From Bacteriovoracaceae bacterium (GTDB lineage Bacteria > Bdellovibrionota > Bacteriovoracia > Bacteriovoracales > Bacteriovoracaceae), in the NCBI GenBank assembly GCA_018649885.1, contig JABIHA010000073.1:1-64000 (forward strand): DNA of 64,000 nt, given 5' to 3'. Position numbers and translations under genes: made by a program. Each line of letters opens with the position of its first letter. The first letter of the stretch is position 1. Shown piece after piece: positions 19,321 through 29,991 of the stretch. The notes under the pieces are model-generated. The model saw only the letters and a list, made by a program, of their open reading frames with translations, searched no databases and had not been told where the DNA came from.

Positions 19321-20499
19321 CTATTGTTCTTTAATTTCCGCTTCGTATTGCATAATTTTCTCATTAATTCCTATTAATAGATTTGAAGTTTCTGGAAACT
19401 CTCCATCAACCATAGATTGTAAAAAATGAGTAAGACAGTCATACACTATTAGCCTTTTTTGCTTATTTGTTTGATAATTTTCTTCACCTAAAGCTGTTGA
19501 GCAGTACTTTTCTTTTGTCATCTGTTTAAATTCATCTACTATGATTTTTGCTGACTCAATGTAAGGTATTAAATTTACTTCAAATTTTTTCTTTAATTTT
19601 TTACCTTCAACAAACTCTTTGAAAGTGAATGTTTCATACCCAGGATTATAAGAGGCCATAAACATCAAAGTCATCCTGTCTACATTTTTGTATGAATTTA
19701 AATAACCCGCATTCCCAACAACCTGAAAAAGAGTATTATAAAAACATAAAGACCCGACAAAAGCAGGGATCGCTTTTCTCTTTCTAATTTTGCAATGATT
19801 TAAAATATACCCGGCGAGCTCACTGGCAAGAGGCATTCCGTCTACAAGGGCATCCCTTTCTAGCTTTAAACTTTCGTAATGCCTTGCCTTTCTGGCCTTT
19901 ATCTCACTTTCAGATAGCACTCTTGGCCTACTCAGGACCTCCAGGTATTCAAGGTACGCTACTTTGCTTTCTGGATTTGCTACCAAGTTGACTTTTAAAG
20001 TATCACCATCTTGTCCGGCCACAATCCAATCTTTTTCTTCTTTATTAGATTGAAATGGGTATGCTGGATGCCAACCATTTTTTCCAATATGATAATTAAA
20101 AATCATCTCCTTATCAGTGAGCTCAGAGCTGAACATTATTGGCACTCTTGTCTCCCACATACCTGAAATCCCCATTCCATGAGGGTCACCTATTGTCATT
20201 AGTAAGTAAGCTTCATCGAGCTCGTACACACACTTGAAAGGTGATTTTACGATGTATTTTTGAACACGCAAGGCCTGGGCCTCACTTGTCTTTGTTTGAT
20301 CTAAAGCAACGTCATTTCTTATGACTTTTTTAAAACAGGGACCACTGACTTTGCTATAACTACTGTAGATTCCCGCTTGAACCGTATCATCAAGGGTGAC
20401 TTCAAGATTTAAAGTATCCTCGAATTTGCTTTGGTCTTTTACTTTGGCAAACGCAGAAAGACTTGTAATTAGCTGTAAAGCTACTAATAACTTAATCAT
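19321..20499 (-). CDS. Secreted hypothetical protein
   Basis: 392-aa ORF; GGAG SD; signal peptide ending AFA. Confidence 0.75.
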   Translation of the reverse strand: MIKLLVALQLITSLSAFAKVKDQSKFEDTLNLEVTLDDTVQAGIYSSYSKVSGPCFKKVIRNDVALDQTKTSEAQALRVQKYIVKSPFKCVYELDEAYLLMTIGDPHGMGISGMWETRVPIMFSSELTDKEMIFNYHIGKNGWHPAYPFQSNKEEKDWIVAGQDGDTLKVNLVANPESKVAYLEYLEVLSRPRVLSESEIKARKARHYESLKLERDALVDGMPLASELAGYILNHCKIRKRKAIPAFVGSLCFYNTLFQVVGNAGYLNSYKNVDRMTLMFMASYNPGYETFTFKEFVEGKKLKKKFEVNLIPYIESAKIIVDEFKQMTKEKYCSTALGEENYQTNKQKRLIVYDCLTHFLQSMVDGEFPETSNLLIGINEKIMQYEAEIKEQ

Positions 20500-20809
20500 T
20501 TTTTACTCCAGTTCCCCAATGACTATTTTGAGATATTGTATCTTTAAATGTGTTGGGAAAGCATAAACGTTGAAAAAACAATATGGATGTATAAGTTTTC
20601 GACAATTGAGGGCACCCCATTTTTGTTAAGTAAGTGTAATTAGCATCCCACCGCAAGGCTTCGCCGCGATGCTTACCTGCAAGTTCCTGATCTCCATCAT
20701 CAATTTTTATCTCGCAATACACTATTTTAGTTGTTAAATCTTTTTCACAAAAGACACTACAAAAGCAATATTCACTTCATAGATTAACAACATAGGTTAG
20801 AGGTGTTTT

Positions 20810-22303
20810 ATGAGACCTTCGTTTTTATTTTTTACCATTATTCTCAGTACTTTTATCACGAGCGCGGCCCTCGCCGACTCTCTTGAAAACTGGCTTGAGA
20901 AGTTTCATCAAAATCCTAGTGAAATGATGAATCTAGTCCCTGCTAAATTTGGGGACAAAAGAATTGATATCTTTGAGCAAACCATACTTGATCCCTATTG
21001 GTCTGAGAAGAAGGACTCTTTTCGTAACAAATTAATCCAAGACCAACTCGGCCACAAAGGTCCCATTACAGGCAATGACCTTGTTGAAAACTTACTCGAA
21101 GATGGGCAATTTATAAGCTCAGTTTTTGAAATGGAAAGTTTAGGACTCAAATCAGCTGAAGTTGAAACTCCTCCTTGGTCTGATGACTATTGGCCTATCT
21201 ATAAAGGGATGCTTGGAAATAGATATTTCGATTTCAATTTTAGGTTTCTTCCCAACTGGAAAGAGTCCTATGATTATATAACTGCCAATACTTTTGATAA
21301 GGTTTATCAAACTAAAGATGCAGCTGATATCGATACCCTTTCTCCCTCTGAGAAATATGATCTTCTGCTAGGAGTGTCTCCCCACCTAACTACTCCAATG
21401 TGGGCACTTGGAAAAAATTATTTCGAAAAATTTAAAAAAGTTGAAAGATGGATGGGGCTTTGCCATGGCTGGGCACCTGCTGCCTTTATGGTTGAGCGTC
21501 CAAGAAATAAAGTTGAAGTAATGTCCTTTGATGGAGAGACTAAAATTTCATTTTATCCCTCAGATATAAAGGCCTTGATTACACTCCTATGGGCCAACGT
21601 CAGAACTCCTGTTAATTTTGTAGGCGGACGATGCGATGTAAAAAATGTTGAACGAGACGACGTAGGAAGGATTAAAGAAAACGATTGCTTTGACACTAAT
21701 CCTGGTACTTGGCATCAAGCAGTAGTGAATCTCATTGGAAAAGACAAAAGAAGTTTTGTCATAGATGCAACTTTTGATTATGAGGTGTGGAACCAACCAG
21801 TAGTCTCATACAACTATAGATACTTTAACCCTCAAACCCTTGCACCAGTTGATGAGATTCAAGACGGCCTTGTAAAAAAAGACGATTTTCTCATTGATAA
21901 ATTTAAAAGCTATCGCTCGCCTGATATGAAACAAATCATAGGTGTTGCAATGGAGGTTAAATATCTTGTTGAAAATCCCCCCTCACACAGGCTGACAGAT
22001 TCCCCAGAAAATGATCTCCATCAAAGTGTTACCTATGTTTATGATTTAGAGCTTGATGAAAATGGGAAAATTGTAGGAGGGGAGTGGTACCAAAACGCTC
22101 ACCCAGATTTTTTATGGGTGCCTTTAAAAAGTGCAAAACCACTTTCCTCAGGTGACTACCTTTTACTTGGTGACCCTCTGTGGGATGGAAAATTGCCTTT
22201 GAAGGCCAAGTGGACCGAGCAGGCGAGAAAAGCGGCTTACTACTCACAGCCACTGGCCAAGATAATTGAGAGTTTAAATGAATTGAGTCAAAAGAGTTTA
22301 TAG
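20810..22303 (+). CDS. Secreted transglutaminase, GP42/TGase_elicitor family
   Basis: PWSDDYWP, SPSEKYD, WMGLCHGWAPAA (catalytic Cys), DIKALIT, DTNPGTWH, VWNQPV and YDLELD..IVGGEW..HPDFLW motifs. Confidence 0.85.
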   Translation: MRPSFLFFTIILSTFITSAALADSLENWLEKFHQNPSEMMNLVPAKFGDKRIDIFEQTILDPYWSEKKDSFRNKLIQDQLGHKGPITGNDLVENLLEDGQFISSVFEMESLGLKSAEVETPPWSDDYWPIYKGMLGNRYFDFNFRFLPNWKESYDYITANTFDKVYQTKDAADIDTLSPSEKYDLLLGVSPHLTTPMWALGKNYFEKFKKVERWMGLCHGWAPAAFMVERPRNKVEVMSFDGETKISFYPSDIKALITLLWANVRTPVNFVGGRCDVKNVERDDVGRIKENDCFDTNPGTWHQAVVNLIGKDKRSFVIDATFDYEVWNQPVVSYNYRYFNPQTLAPVDEIQDGLVKKDDFLIDKFKSYRSPDMKQIIGVAMEVKYLVENPPSHRLTDSPENDLHQSVTYVYDLELDENGKIVGGEWYQNAHPDFLWVPLKSAKPLSSGDYLLLGDPLWDGKLPLKAKWTEQARKAAYYSQPLAKIIESLNELSQKSL

Positions 22304-22321
22304 GAAATAAAAGGAGAAAGT

Positions 22322-23125
22322 ATGAAAACATTTACATTTTTAGTGGTCTTAGCACTAACAACGGGGCTTTTTGCAGACCAATACAACCCACTCAAGGCTG
22401 AAGAGGTAATGGTTGAAGCTGTTTATACTGCTCCCAGAGGATTTGATGATAATGATTCTGTTCAGCTAGTTCTGGCTGGAAAGTTAACTAACCTCTGTTA
22501 CGAGGCGCTCAATGCCACTTACAAACTAGATAAAGACACAAATACTGTAACTTTGAAGCAATATGCTTACAAACACCAGTACCCAGAATGTAATAAAATT
22601 GAGCCGGGCAATTATCTCGGCACTTCTCTTAGGTTTTCAACTGTCCTGACTCTGGGAAGGTTAGCGGCCGGTGATTACCGGGTTGTTTTTCAAACGCCCG
22701 CACAAGGAGTTAAAGCGGTCACTTTTAATGTGGCAAAGGCCTCCAAGATTTCAATCGATGAGAATCTCTACGCTCCTGTATCAAGTGCCTTCATCCCAGA
22801 GGTCATCTATGAGACAGTTAATGCAGAAGTTGTACTCTCAGGCGCCTTAGAGTCCACCTGCGTAACACTTGAAGCTAAGGATATAGAAGTTATTAAATTT
22901 AAAAATGTCATAGTGATTTTACCAAAACTCAAAGTCTTTGAAGGCCAGGCTTGTAGACCCACTGTTAAGCCGATCGGAGAAGTTGTATCTCTAGGCAAAA
23001 TGACTGAAGGGGAGTACCTGATCCACGTTCGTACAAAAACAGGGAATGCCATTAATCGGGTATTTCGTGTCATAAAAGACGATGATGATTTTAAAGGATA
23101 TCCAGACTTCCCACCTCATAATTAG
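22322..23125 (+). CDS. Secreted hypothetical protein with two tandem beta-rich domains
   Basis: AAAGGAG SD; signal peptide; duplicated motif (LAGKLTNLC..LGRLAAGDY / LSGALESTC..LGKMTEGEY). Confidence 0.75.
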   Translation: MKTFTFLVVLALTTGLFADQYNPLKAEEVMVEAVYTAPRGFDDNDSVQLVLAGKLTNLCYEALNATYKLDKDTNTVTLKQYAYKHQYPECNKIEPGNYLGTSLRFSTVLTLGRLAAGDYRVVFQTPAQGVKAVTFNVAKASKISIDENLYAPVSSAFIPEVIYETVNAEVVLSGALESTCVTLEAKDIEVIKFKNVIVILPKLKVFEGQACRPTVKPIGEVVSLGKMTEGEYLIHVRTKTGNAINRVFRVIKDDDDFKGYPDFPPHN

Positions 23126-23134
23126 CACTACTCA

Positions 23135-23177
23135 CAGGAGTAATTGACCAAGTCAGTTGCTCCTGCATTTTCTTTTT
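23135..23177 (+). terminator. Intrinsic terminator
   Basis: CAGGAGTAATTGAC-caa-GTCAGTTGCTCCTG stem followed by a T-rich tract, 10 nt after the stop. Confidence 0.75.
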
Positions 23178-23236
23178 AATGACAAGCTCGCCCAAATCAT
23201 TCAAAATATAAGGTAGCAAAACGAGGGAGTCTTGAA

Positions 23237-23884
23237 GTGACTTTAGTAGTCTCTATTGGTGGGAAGTACCAACTTTATGAATTACCAGACCATGATGAGC
23301 TCTCATCACATCAAATTAAAACGGCCAGAATAAAGTCCCTAGGCACCGAGCACTATGAAAGATTTATCAATGAAAAAGACTACCAAAAGATTGCAAAACG
23401 GCTGAAACCTGGAAAAAAACCTCCTAAGAAGAAAGAGGTCGACTCCTATGCCAAGGCCTCTAAACCTATCAGGTCTAAAGCACGTGCAATATTTGCTGAG
23501 GATATTATGAGTGATCATCTTATCTACGTAAAAGAAGATGATACTCTGACGGCGGCGATCGAAATAATGTTCAAATACCAAATTAGGCATGTCTTGGTTT
23601 TCAATGAAGATGAGCTTTTAACGGGGATTTTATCAGATCGAGATGTAGTGAGACTCCATCAAAAGAATGCAAGCGGCAGAGATTTAATTATCAAACACAT
23701 GTCTCAAAATGTAATTATGGGAAATGCTCAAACAGAGATCAGTGACATCGCCAGAGTAATGCTGCAAGAGAGGATTTCTTGCATTCCCATTATCGACTCA
23801 TTAAAAGTCGTTGTGGGCGTCGTAAGTGTCAGTGATATTTTGAAGACTGTTATGAAAGGCAGCGGTATTGCTCTAGAGGTTTAA
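23237..23884 (+). CDS. CBS domain-containing protein
   Basis: AEDIMS..IRHVLV..GILSDRD and MS..ISCIPI..VGVVSVSD CBS pair; GAGGGAG SD before GTG. Confidence 0.88.
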   Translation: MTLVVSIGGKYQLYELPDHDELSSHQIKTARIKSLGTEHYERFINEKDYQKIAKRLKPGKKPPKKKEVDSYAKASKPIRSKARAIFAEDIMSDHLIYVKEDDTLTAAIEIMFKYQIRHVLVFNEDELLTGILSDRDVVRLHQKNASGRDLIIKHMSQNVIMGNAQTEISDIARVMLQERISCIPIIDSLKVVVGVVSVSDILKTVMKGSGIALEV

Positions 23885-24532
23885 TTGGCCCAGAACTGGA
23901 AATAACTGCTTGAGCCCAGTACTAATAGTTTCTACCGCCACCGCCATTATAATAAGGCCCATAACCCTAGTCATCACATTAAGGCCTGTTTGACCAATTC
24001 TGGAAGCAATTTTGCGCCCCATAGACAGTATTAGCTTGATGGTAAGACATATTAGACACACCATTAAAATTGTACCTGCCCAATATGAAAATGTTGAAAT
24101 CTCCTGTGAATACAAGATAGCAGTACTGATAGTTCCTGGGCCTGAGAGTAGGGGGATAGCGAGGGGGACGACACCAATGCTTTGCCTATTTTCCTCGTCC
24201 ATAATTTCACTTCTATTTAACTTGGTTGATTGATTTTTGGCAGACAACATTCCCAGCGCCATGGTTGAGATGAGTATCCCTCCACCAACTCTAAAGGCCG
24301 CCAAGCTGATGCCAAAAAATTGAAGTACGCCTTGGCCAAAGAATAGAGAGACCAAAAGAGTGAAGAAAATGGCCCAAGCACATGAAGAGCTAATTTTGCT
24401 AATTTCTTTTTCAGGGCAAGACTTTGTCAGGCCTAAAAATACTGGCAGAGCACCCATGGGGTTAAGGATTGAGAAAAGGGCCACTCCAAAACCAAGAGAA
24501 AATTTAACTGAATCTATAATTTGAGCTTCCAT
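23873..24532 (-). CDS. marC: MarC family membrane protein
   Basis: LFSILNPMGALPVF, FRVGGG, VVPLAIPLLSGPG and TRVMGL motifs. Confidence 0.92.
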   Translation of the reverse strand: MEAQIIDSVKFSLGFGVALFSILNPMGALPVFLGLTKSCPEKEISKISSSCAWAIFFTLLVSLFFGQGVLQFFGISLAAFRVGGGILISTMALGMLSAKNQSTKLNRSEIMDEENRQSIGVVPLAIPLLSGPGTISTAILYSQEISTFSYWAGTILMVCLICLTIKLILSMGRKIASRIGQTGLNVMTRVMGLIIMAVAVETISTGLKQLFPVLGQLNL

Positions 24533-24787
24533 TTCATTCCATTTTATTGTGCTATTTATATAGCGACTGGGTAACTAACTCGCTTTTGAGTTGGTGTAAA
24601 GACTTTAGAAAAATTAACATCATTGGATTTATTAATGATCTCTCATTAGTTTTGAGGTCAAAATGCACCTGGCAGACAGCAAAAAAACTGACATCTACTT
24701 AGGAGATGCAAACTTATAGATTCTGATCATTGCCAAATGCTATATTTTCCCTTTAATTCTTTAGGTTACAACACACGGGAGGACGAC

Positions 24788-26425
24788 ATGAAACACAGTA
24801 TTTTTGGTCTTATGGCCATGGTTTTTGCACTGGCAAATGCCAGTTTTGCCAGCACTTCAAAGGTTGAAGTATCTTGGAAATACCAAGCTTCAAGCGCAGT
24901 TAGCTTTCAAAAGCACTCTACATCAGTAGATTTACCAGTCTTAAAAGACTTAGAAAAAAGTGAGCAGTATGTAACTGATCCAGGGATTTTTAAAACACTT
25001 CTGGCCGTATCTGCTGGAACAGTTCTCGAAAGCTCTCTTAAAGAGTTTGAAAAGTGTAAAACAAGCTCTCGTCCACCGAGACCCATAAAACCCATTAGGC
25101 CTACAAGACCCAGTACTCCCACAAGACCTATAAGACCTCCAAGGCCACCAAGACCTCCTATTAAGGATGCCTGTCTTAAACAAAGACTGTTAGCTGCAAA
25201 ACACTTGGTAGCAAAGCTTGATGCTTTAGAGCTTAAGCTCAAAGAAAAAAGAGTAGTTGCAGGGAATCTCGATAAATTATTTGAAATAGTAGATATTGGA
25301 AGAAAGCTTGCCGCCAATATGGAAAAGGCCAAGACTTGGCGCCCGCCTCATCACAGGCCAATGCCAAGACCCTCAAGACCCAGTGGTCGGGGACCGAGCC
25401 GTCCATCAAGAGGGGGAATGAACACCAAGGCCCGTGGACTCAATATCACTACAGGCGGTGCCCAAGACATAGGCGCTCTTAAAAAGGCCGTGGCTGATGG
25501 GTTAGTCCCAGCTGCAGAAACTTTCTCAATGGAGGGCTTTTTGTCAGAATTCGATCTTCCACTTGCACCAAGTGCATGTGATAAGTTGATCTGTGTAACT
25601 CCTGCAGTATTAGTTGATCCAGTTAAAAATAAATTATTCGTCCAGATCGGAATGGATTCAAATGTCACTGCCGATACATTCAAAAGAAAGAAGCTAAACC
25701 TATCTGTAGTACTTGATATTAGCGGCTCTATGGGCGCAACAGATAATACTAAGAAATCCAGGATTGAATGGGCAAAAGAGGCCCTCAGAGAAACAGTCAG
25801 TAAATTAAACGGATCTGATTATCTATCTATTGTGCTATTTAATTCAAACCACAAAGTACTACTGGGAACAACCTTAGTAGAAGACAAAGCGGCGATTTTA
25901 AAGCTTGTGGATTCAATTCAGGCCCAAGGTTCAACTAACCTAGAATCAGGCCTCAAAAAAGGATTTGAGCTTGTCAGTGCCAGGCTAGAAGCTGATTATG
26001 AAAACCGTGTGATTCTGATCTCAGATGCTGGGCTCAATACAGGGGTAACTGATCCTAAGGCGCTTTTAAGACTTGTTACTGACTACTCGGCCATGGGAGT
26101 AGGGATAAGCTCAATAGGGCTTGGACTTAACTTCAACCAAGACTTTATCCACAACATAACAATGTCAAAAGGTGGCAATTACCTATTTGTTAACTCAGGT
26201 AAAGAGATGAACAAGTACTTCAAAAACTTTGATTTTCTTGTGACTCCAGCGGCCTATAATTTTAAGGCAGATCTTAGTTTTATTGGTAGCTCAGCAAAAT
26301 TTGTCAAGGCCTACGGAATACCTGAGGCCAAAGGTGAGCAGGCATCAAAGAGTATTGCCAATGTGGCGACACTCTTTTTCATCGGTGAAGGTGGCGGCGC
26401 CATTTTGCTAGAATACGATCTTTAA
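24788..26425 (+). CDS. Secreted von Willebrand factor A domain protein (YfbK-like) with Pro/Arg-rich linkers
   Basis: LNLSVVLDISGSM MIDAS motif, GSTN, ILISD; ATG at 24788 after GGAGG preferred; two RP-rich tracts. Confidence 0.88.
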   Translation: MKHSIFGLMAMVFALANASFASTSKVEVSWKYQASSAVSFQKHSTSVDLPVLKDLEKSEQYVTDPGIFKTLLAVSAGTVLESSLKEFEKCKTSSRPPRPIKPIRPTRPSTPTRPIRPPRPPRPPIKDACLKQRLLAAKHLVAKLDALELKLKEKRVVAGNLDKLFEIVDIGRKLAANMEKAKTWRPPHHRPMPRPSRPSGRGPSRPSRGGMNTKARGLNITTGGAQDIGALKKAVADGLVPAAETFSMEGFLSEFDLPLAPSACDKLICVTPAVLVDPVKNKLFVQIGMDSNVTADTFKRKKLNLSVVLDISGSMGATDNTKKSRIEWAKEALRETVSKLNGSDYLSIVLFNSNHKVLLGTTLVEDKAAILKLVDSIQAQGSTNLESGLKKGFELVSARLEADYENRVILISDAGLNTGVTDPKALLRLVTDYSAMGVGISSIGLGLNFNQDFIHNITMSKGGNYLFVNSGKEMNKYFKNFDFLVTPAAYNFKADLSFIGSSAKFVKAYGIPEAKGEQASKSIANVATLFFIGEGGGAILLEYDL

Positions 26426-26443
26426 CTTTATTTAAATATTTTG

Positions 26444-26472
26444 GGGAGGGAAAATATCCCTCCCATTTTTTT
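26444..26472 (+). terminator. Intrinsic terminator between convergent genes
   Basis: GGGAGGG-aaaatat-CCCTCCC followed by a T tract. Confidence 0.7.
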
Positions 26473-26491
26473 AGCTTTAATGTTTAATCCC

Positions 26492-26815
26492 TCACAATAC
26501 AATCAATACATGAATCACGTTGCTAACATATCCCATCAGTTCAACAGGGTCCATCGCCATTGGTAGTTGCTTTAAGGCATAAGAATTTTTTAGGCCTGCA
26601 CATTCCCCGAGCAAATTATTCATTGCAGCCGATTCAGCCGATTCTTTTGAAGGTCCATACCCTGTAGCCTGAAGATTAAACTCAGTAGTAAATTTGGTTT
26701 TATCTGGATAATTTTCTAATGTTACCCAACATGTCGCTGACTTTTTTTCAAAATGTGTAGTTGCGTAACTATTGAGAGTAAAAAAAAATGTCATTGTTAA
26801 TAAGAAAAAGTTCAT
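26492..26815 (-). CDS. Small secreted hypothetical protein
   Basis: AGGAG SD; signal peptide ending SYA. Confidence 0.65.
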   Translation of the reverse strand: MNFFLLTMTFFFTLNSYATTHFEKKSATCWVTLENYPDKTKFTTEFNLQATGYGPSKESAESAAMNNLLGECAGLKNSYALKQLPMAMDPVELMGYVSNVIHVLIVL

Positions 26816-27010
26816 AATGCAACTCCTATTAAAAGATTGTTTAACTTACTAAAGATTAAAAGTATTTCGGCCAGAGTTGTTGTTATATTTTTTGGAAGAA
26901 TAAATTCAGGCAATTCCTTTGAAAGGGACAGAAATAAAATTTATTTAGATTCTGTAGAGGGGGCCGAGGACTCCCCATTAAATTTAAAAAGGATATAGAA
27001 ATTTTCGTTA

Positions 27011-27329
27011 TTATTTGGGTAACATTTTGGTGAGGCAACGACTCACCAATTTTTAAAATTATTCAAAATTTGGGTAACATTTTTTTCATGAAAATCCCTT
27101 TGTTATTTGGGTAACCTTTATTATGAGTCAACACTTTTGGAAAAAGTGGTTTTAAGTATTGATTTAGGTTACATTTTTCAAGGCGACTCAAAATAAGTAA
27201 TAAGGATGATTTTGAAACAAAAACAAGAACTTGAAAAGGCCTCATAGAATAAATCCCAGTTAAGAATATCTTTTACTGAGTCAACACTATGTAAATCACT
27301 TGGTAGGGTTACGTTTTTATTGAGGCAAT
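27011..27329. repeat. Degenerate dispersed motif array RGGTWAC-N6-8-(T/C)RAGKCRA
   Basis: RGGTWAC at 27017, 27072, 27109, 27166 and 27306; TGAGKCAA-like boxes at 27031, 27124, 27179, 27277 and 27321. Confidence 0.65.
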
Positions 27330-27406
27330 ACGACTACCGTAATTTAATGCCCCATAATATTACTTATAGGGCATTGGCACTTCAAACAATAAATTTCGCT
27401 TAGTAC

Positions 27407-29991
27407 TCAGGCAGCCTTTTCACTTCTGCTTTTAAGCTTAGCTAAGACCTTGGCCAATATGTTTTCCACTTCGCTTTCACGGAATGGCTTCAGAATATAC
27501 TCATCAATTTGCTGGTGGGCCATAAGCTGATCTAAATCGGTGTCAATGCCACCAGTGATAACAATGGTAATAGGTTTCTTTTCTAAGCTTAGATCATTAA
27601 TATGCTTAAACAATTCCTGGCCACTCATCACTGGCATACATAAATCTGAAAAGACAACATCAAATTGATTTTCTTTAATTTTATCGAGTGCTATTTGACC
27701 ATTTTCTGCTTCAATAATATTAATGACCCCAAGTTCTTTTAGGGTCGAAGTGAGAATTTTGCGAATCTCTTTTTCATCATCTACCACCAAGACATTTTTT
27801 GGCATGATTACAGTACAAAGTTGCTCAGTTTTCTTTTCTTGATTGCATGAAGATTCCTGCAGAGGAAGACTGATATTAAAAGTGCTGCCACAATTCACCT
27901 CCGACTCAACAGTGATTTCACCGCCTATATTTGAGATTATTTTAGAAACAATCCCAAGGCCCATTCCAGTACCTTCACCAACTTCCTTTGTTGTAAAAAA
28001 TGGCTCAAATATTTGATTTTTAATATCATTAGGAATACCACATCCATTATCTTTGATACTTACCAAAACATTAGACTTACCAGTCCTCTCAAGAAAGATA
28101 TCTATGGTGCGACTATTTTGCCCTTTTGAGGCATCCTTGGCATTGACAAGAATATTCATTAGCACTTGCTGTAGCTTGCCAATAGTGCCTTTAACAAGGA
28201 GTTTGGAATCTGAAAAATGTTTATGAATTTTCACACCCTCTTTTTCAAATATTTCAAATAAAAGACTGATGGTTTGATTGATTGCTATATCTAAAGAGGT
28301 AACTTCAAGTTCATCTTCGTCAACCCTGGCATAAACTCTCAACCCATCAACAATTTTTCTAATACGTTCATTGGCTATTTCTTGTTTTTCCAATGCAGTT
28401 TCAACCTTAGGCCAATTGATTTCCTTACCCTTAAGAAGTCTGCGAACGACACTCAAATTTCCTGATGAAATAGTTAAGGGGTTATTAATTTCGTGCCCTA
28501 CACCAGCGGCGAGAACTCCAATAGCGCTCAATCTTTGTGATTGTGCCACTTTTTGTTGGGCCTCCCTTATTTTAATTTCACCATTTCTTCTGTCTGTAAT
28601 ATCTGAACGAATAGCGATATATTGAGTGATTTCACCCTTAGAGTTTTTAAAGGGAACAATAGTTCCGTCTAGCCAATAGATAGTGCCATCTTTGGCCTTA
28701 TTGGCCACTTCGGCTTTCCAGGTTTTTCCACTTTTGACTGTATCCCAACAGTTCTTCCAAAATTCCTTAGGGTGTACACCCGAATTGACTATACGGTGGT
28801 CCTTTCCAATTAACTCACTTCTAGAATATTTGGCAAATTTACAAAATAGATCATTTGCATAAATGATTTTATTAAGCCACCTACTATTTCTGTCGAATAA
28901 GTATAAAGTAATTAAAAGTAGACAACAGGTCAAAAAAATCAAAACCTGTATTGTTCTTTTATTTTTTTGAAAACTCGCATAGGCCTCATTAATATCAATT
29001 TTAGTTCATCATCCCAAACCCATGCTCCAGCAACAAAAACCCCGCGATAGTCTCGGTAGCCAGTTAAATGACTTTGTATTTTCATTTTTCCTGGAGAATT
29101 GATTACACTTTTGGCCATCAAAGTTAATGGAGCGTTGACAGCTATATTGGCTTGTGGGTTTTCGGCTAAATTGCTACCTGGGTCCGCAACCCTAATATTA
29201 AGTGGGGCATATTGATTTTTCTTAAGTAGGTTTATTTTTAATAATTGTTCTCTAAATCTAGTGTTGCTTGCCATCATTCCTTTTTTACTGATGGCGTATG
29301 TCTCACCAGAGCCCCCTATTCTGCCTCTTTTAAGTATCTTTGAAAAATGAGTAGATGGATCGATACGAAAGCAAAATGCTGCTATCACTTCTCCATTGTC
29401 ATTTACTATAGGAGATCCTGTGAAGATACTTACTTGAAGCATCCCTTTTAAGACGACATCACTTTCTATCATTTCAGAAATGACAGTCTTGCCTTGCCAA
29501 ATTTGCTTAAAGAATCCATCCTGTTTAGAAAGAAGGTTTTGGGCACCAATATTTTGATCTCTTAGTGAGCTAAGGTTTTTACGATCTTTATCAATGATAA
29601 AAAAACCTCTGTAGTCATGGGTCTTAAGTATACTTATCAGGTGCTGTCGGATGGCAGGTTGCCATTTAGACTCTTTTAAACTCTCATGAGGAACCCTCAA
29701 TAACTCTACCACCATTTTTTTAATTTCTTTTGATTGGGCCCAAACTTTTGTTGTTGCAAGAAGAGTACTTTGCCACGATTTTAAGGCCTGCTGAGAAGTA
29801 ACTAAAACTGTTTCTAGAGAATTTCCAATTTCTGATTCAGCATTTTTTTTCATTTTGCCAATGATAAAAAAATAGGTCGATAAAAATAAGATGACAACGG
29901 GAATGGCCAGTATCTTACTTGAAGTGAATTTCTTAATAACAGATTTTAATTTGTGATGCAATTCAAAAAACCTTAATCTAAGGGCCCTCAA
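27407..29991 (-). pseudogene. Hybrid sensor histidine kinase (TM-Cache-TM-PAS-HisKA-HATPase-REC), split by a frameshift near 29000
   Basis: ORF 28939-29991 is a Cache-like sensor ending YRDYRG..GAWVWDDEL. The reading continues in the -1 frame as IDINEAYASF..TM into ORF 27407-28942 (PAS, GHEINNPL, GTGMGL, LVVDD..D..KP). The downstream ORF could still be expressed alone. Confidence 0.75.

Noticed and set aside
20492..20722. 76-aa minus-strand ORF and GC-rich patch at ~20640-20690 as a gene or riboswitch
   Set aside because: No SD, no domain and no recognisable riboswitch consensus
24737..24787. ORF-track start of the vWA gene
   Set aside because: ATG at 24788 has a GGAGG SD and begins a signal peptide
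27011..27329. Motif array read as CRISPR or integron attC sites; ORF 27063..27245
   Set aside because: Units are short, degenerate and irregularly spaced, with no paired attC boxes around cassettes; the ORF lacks support
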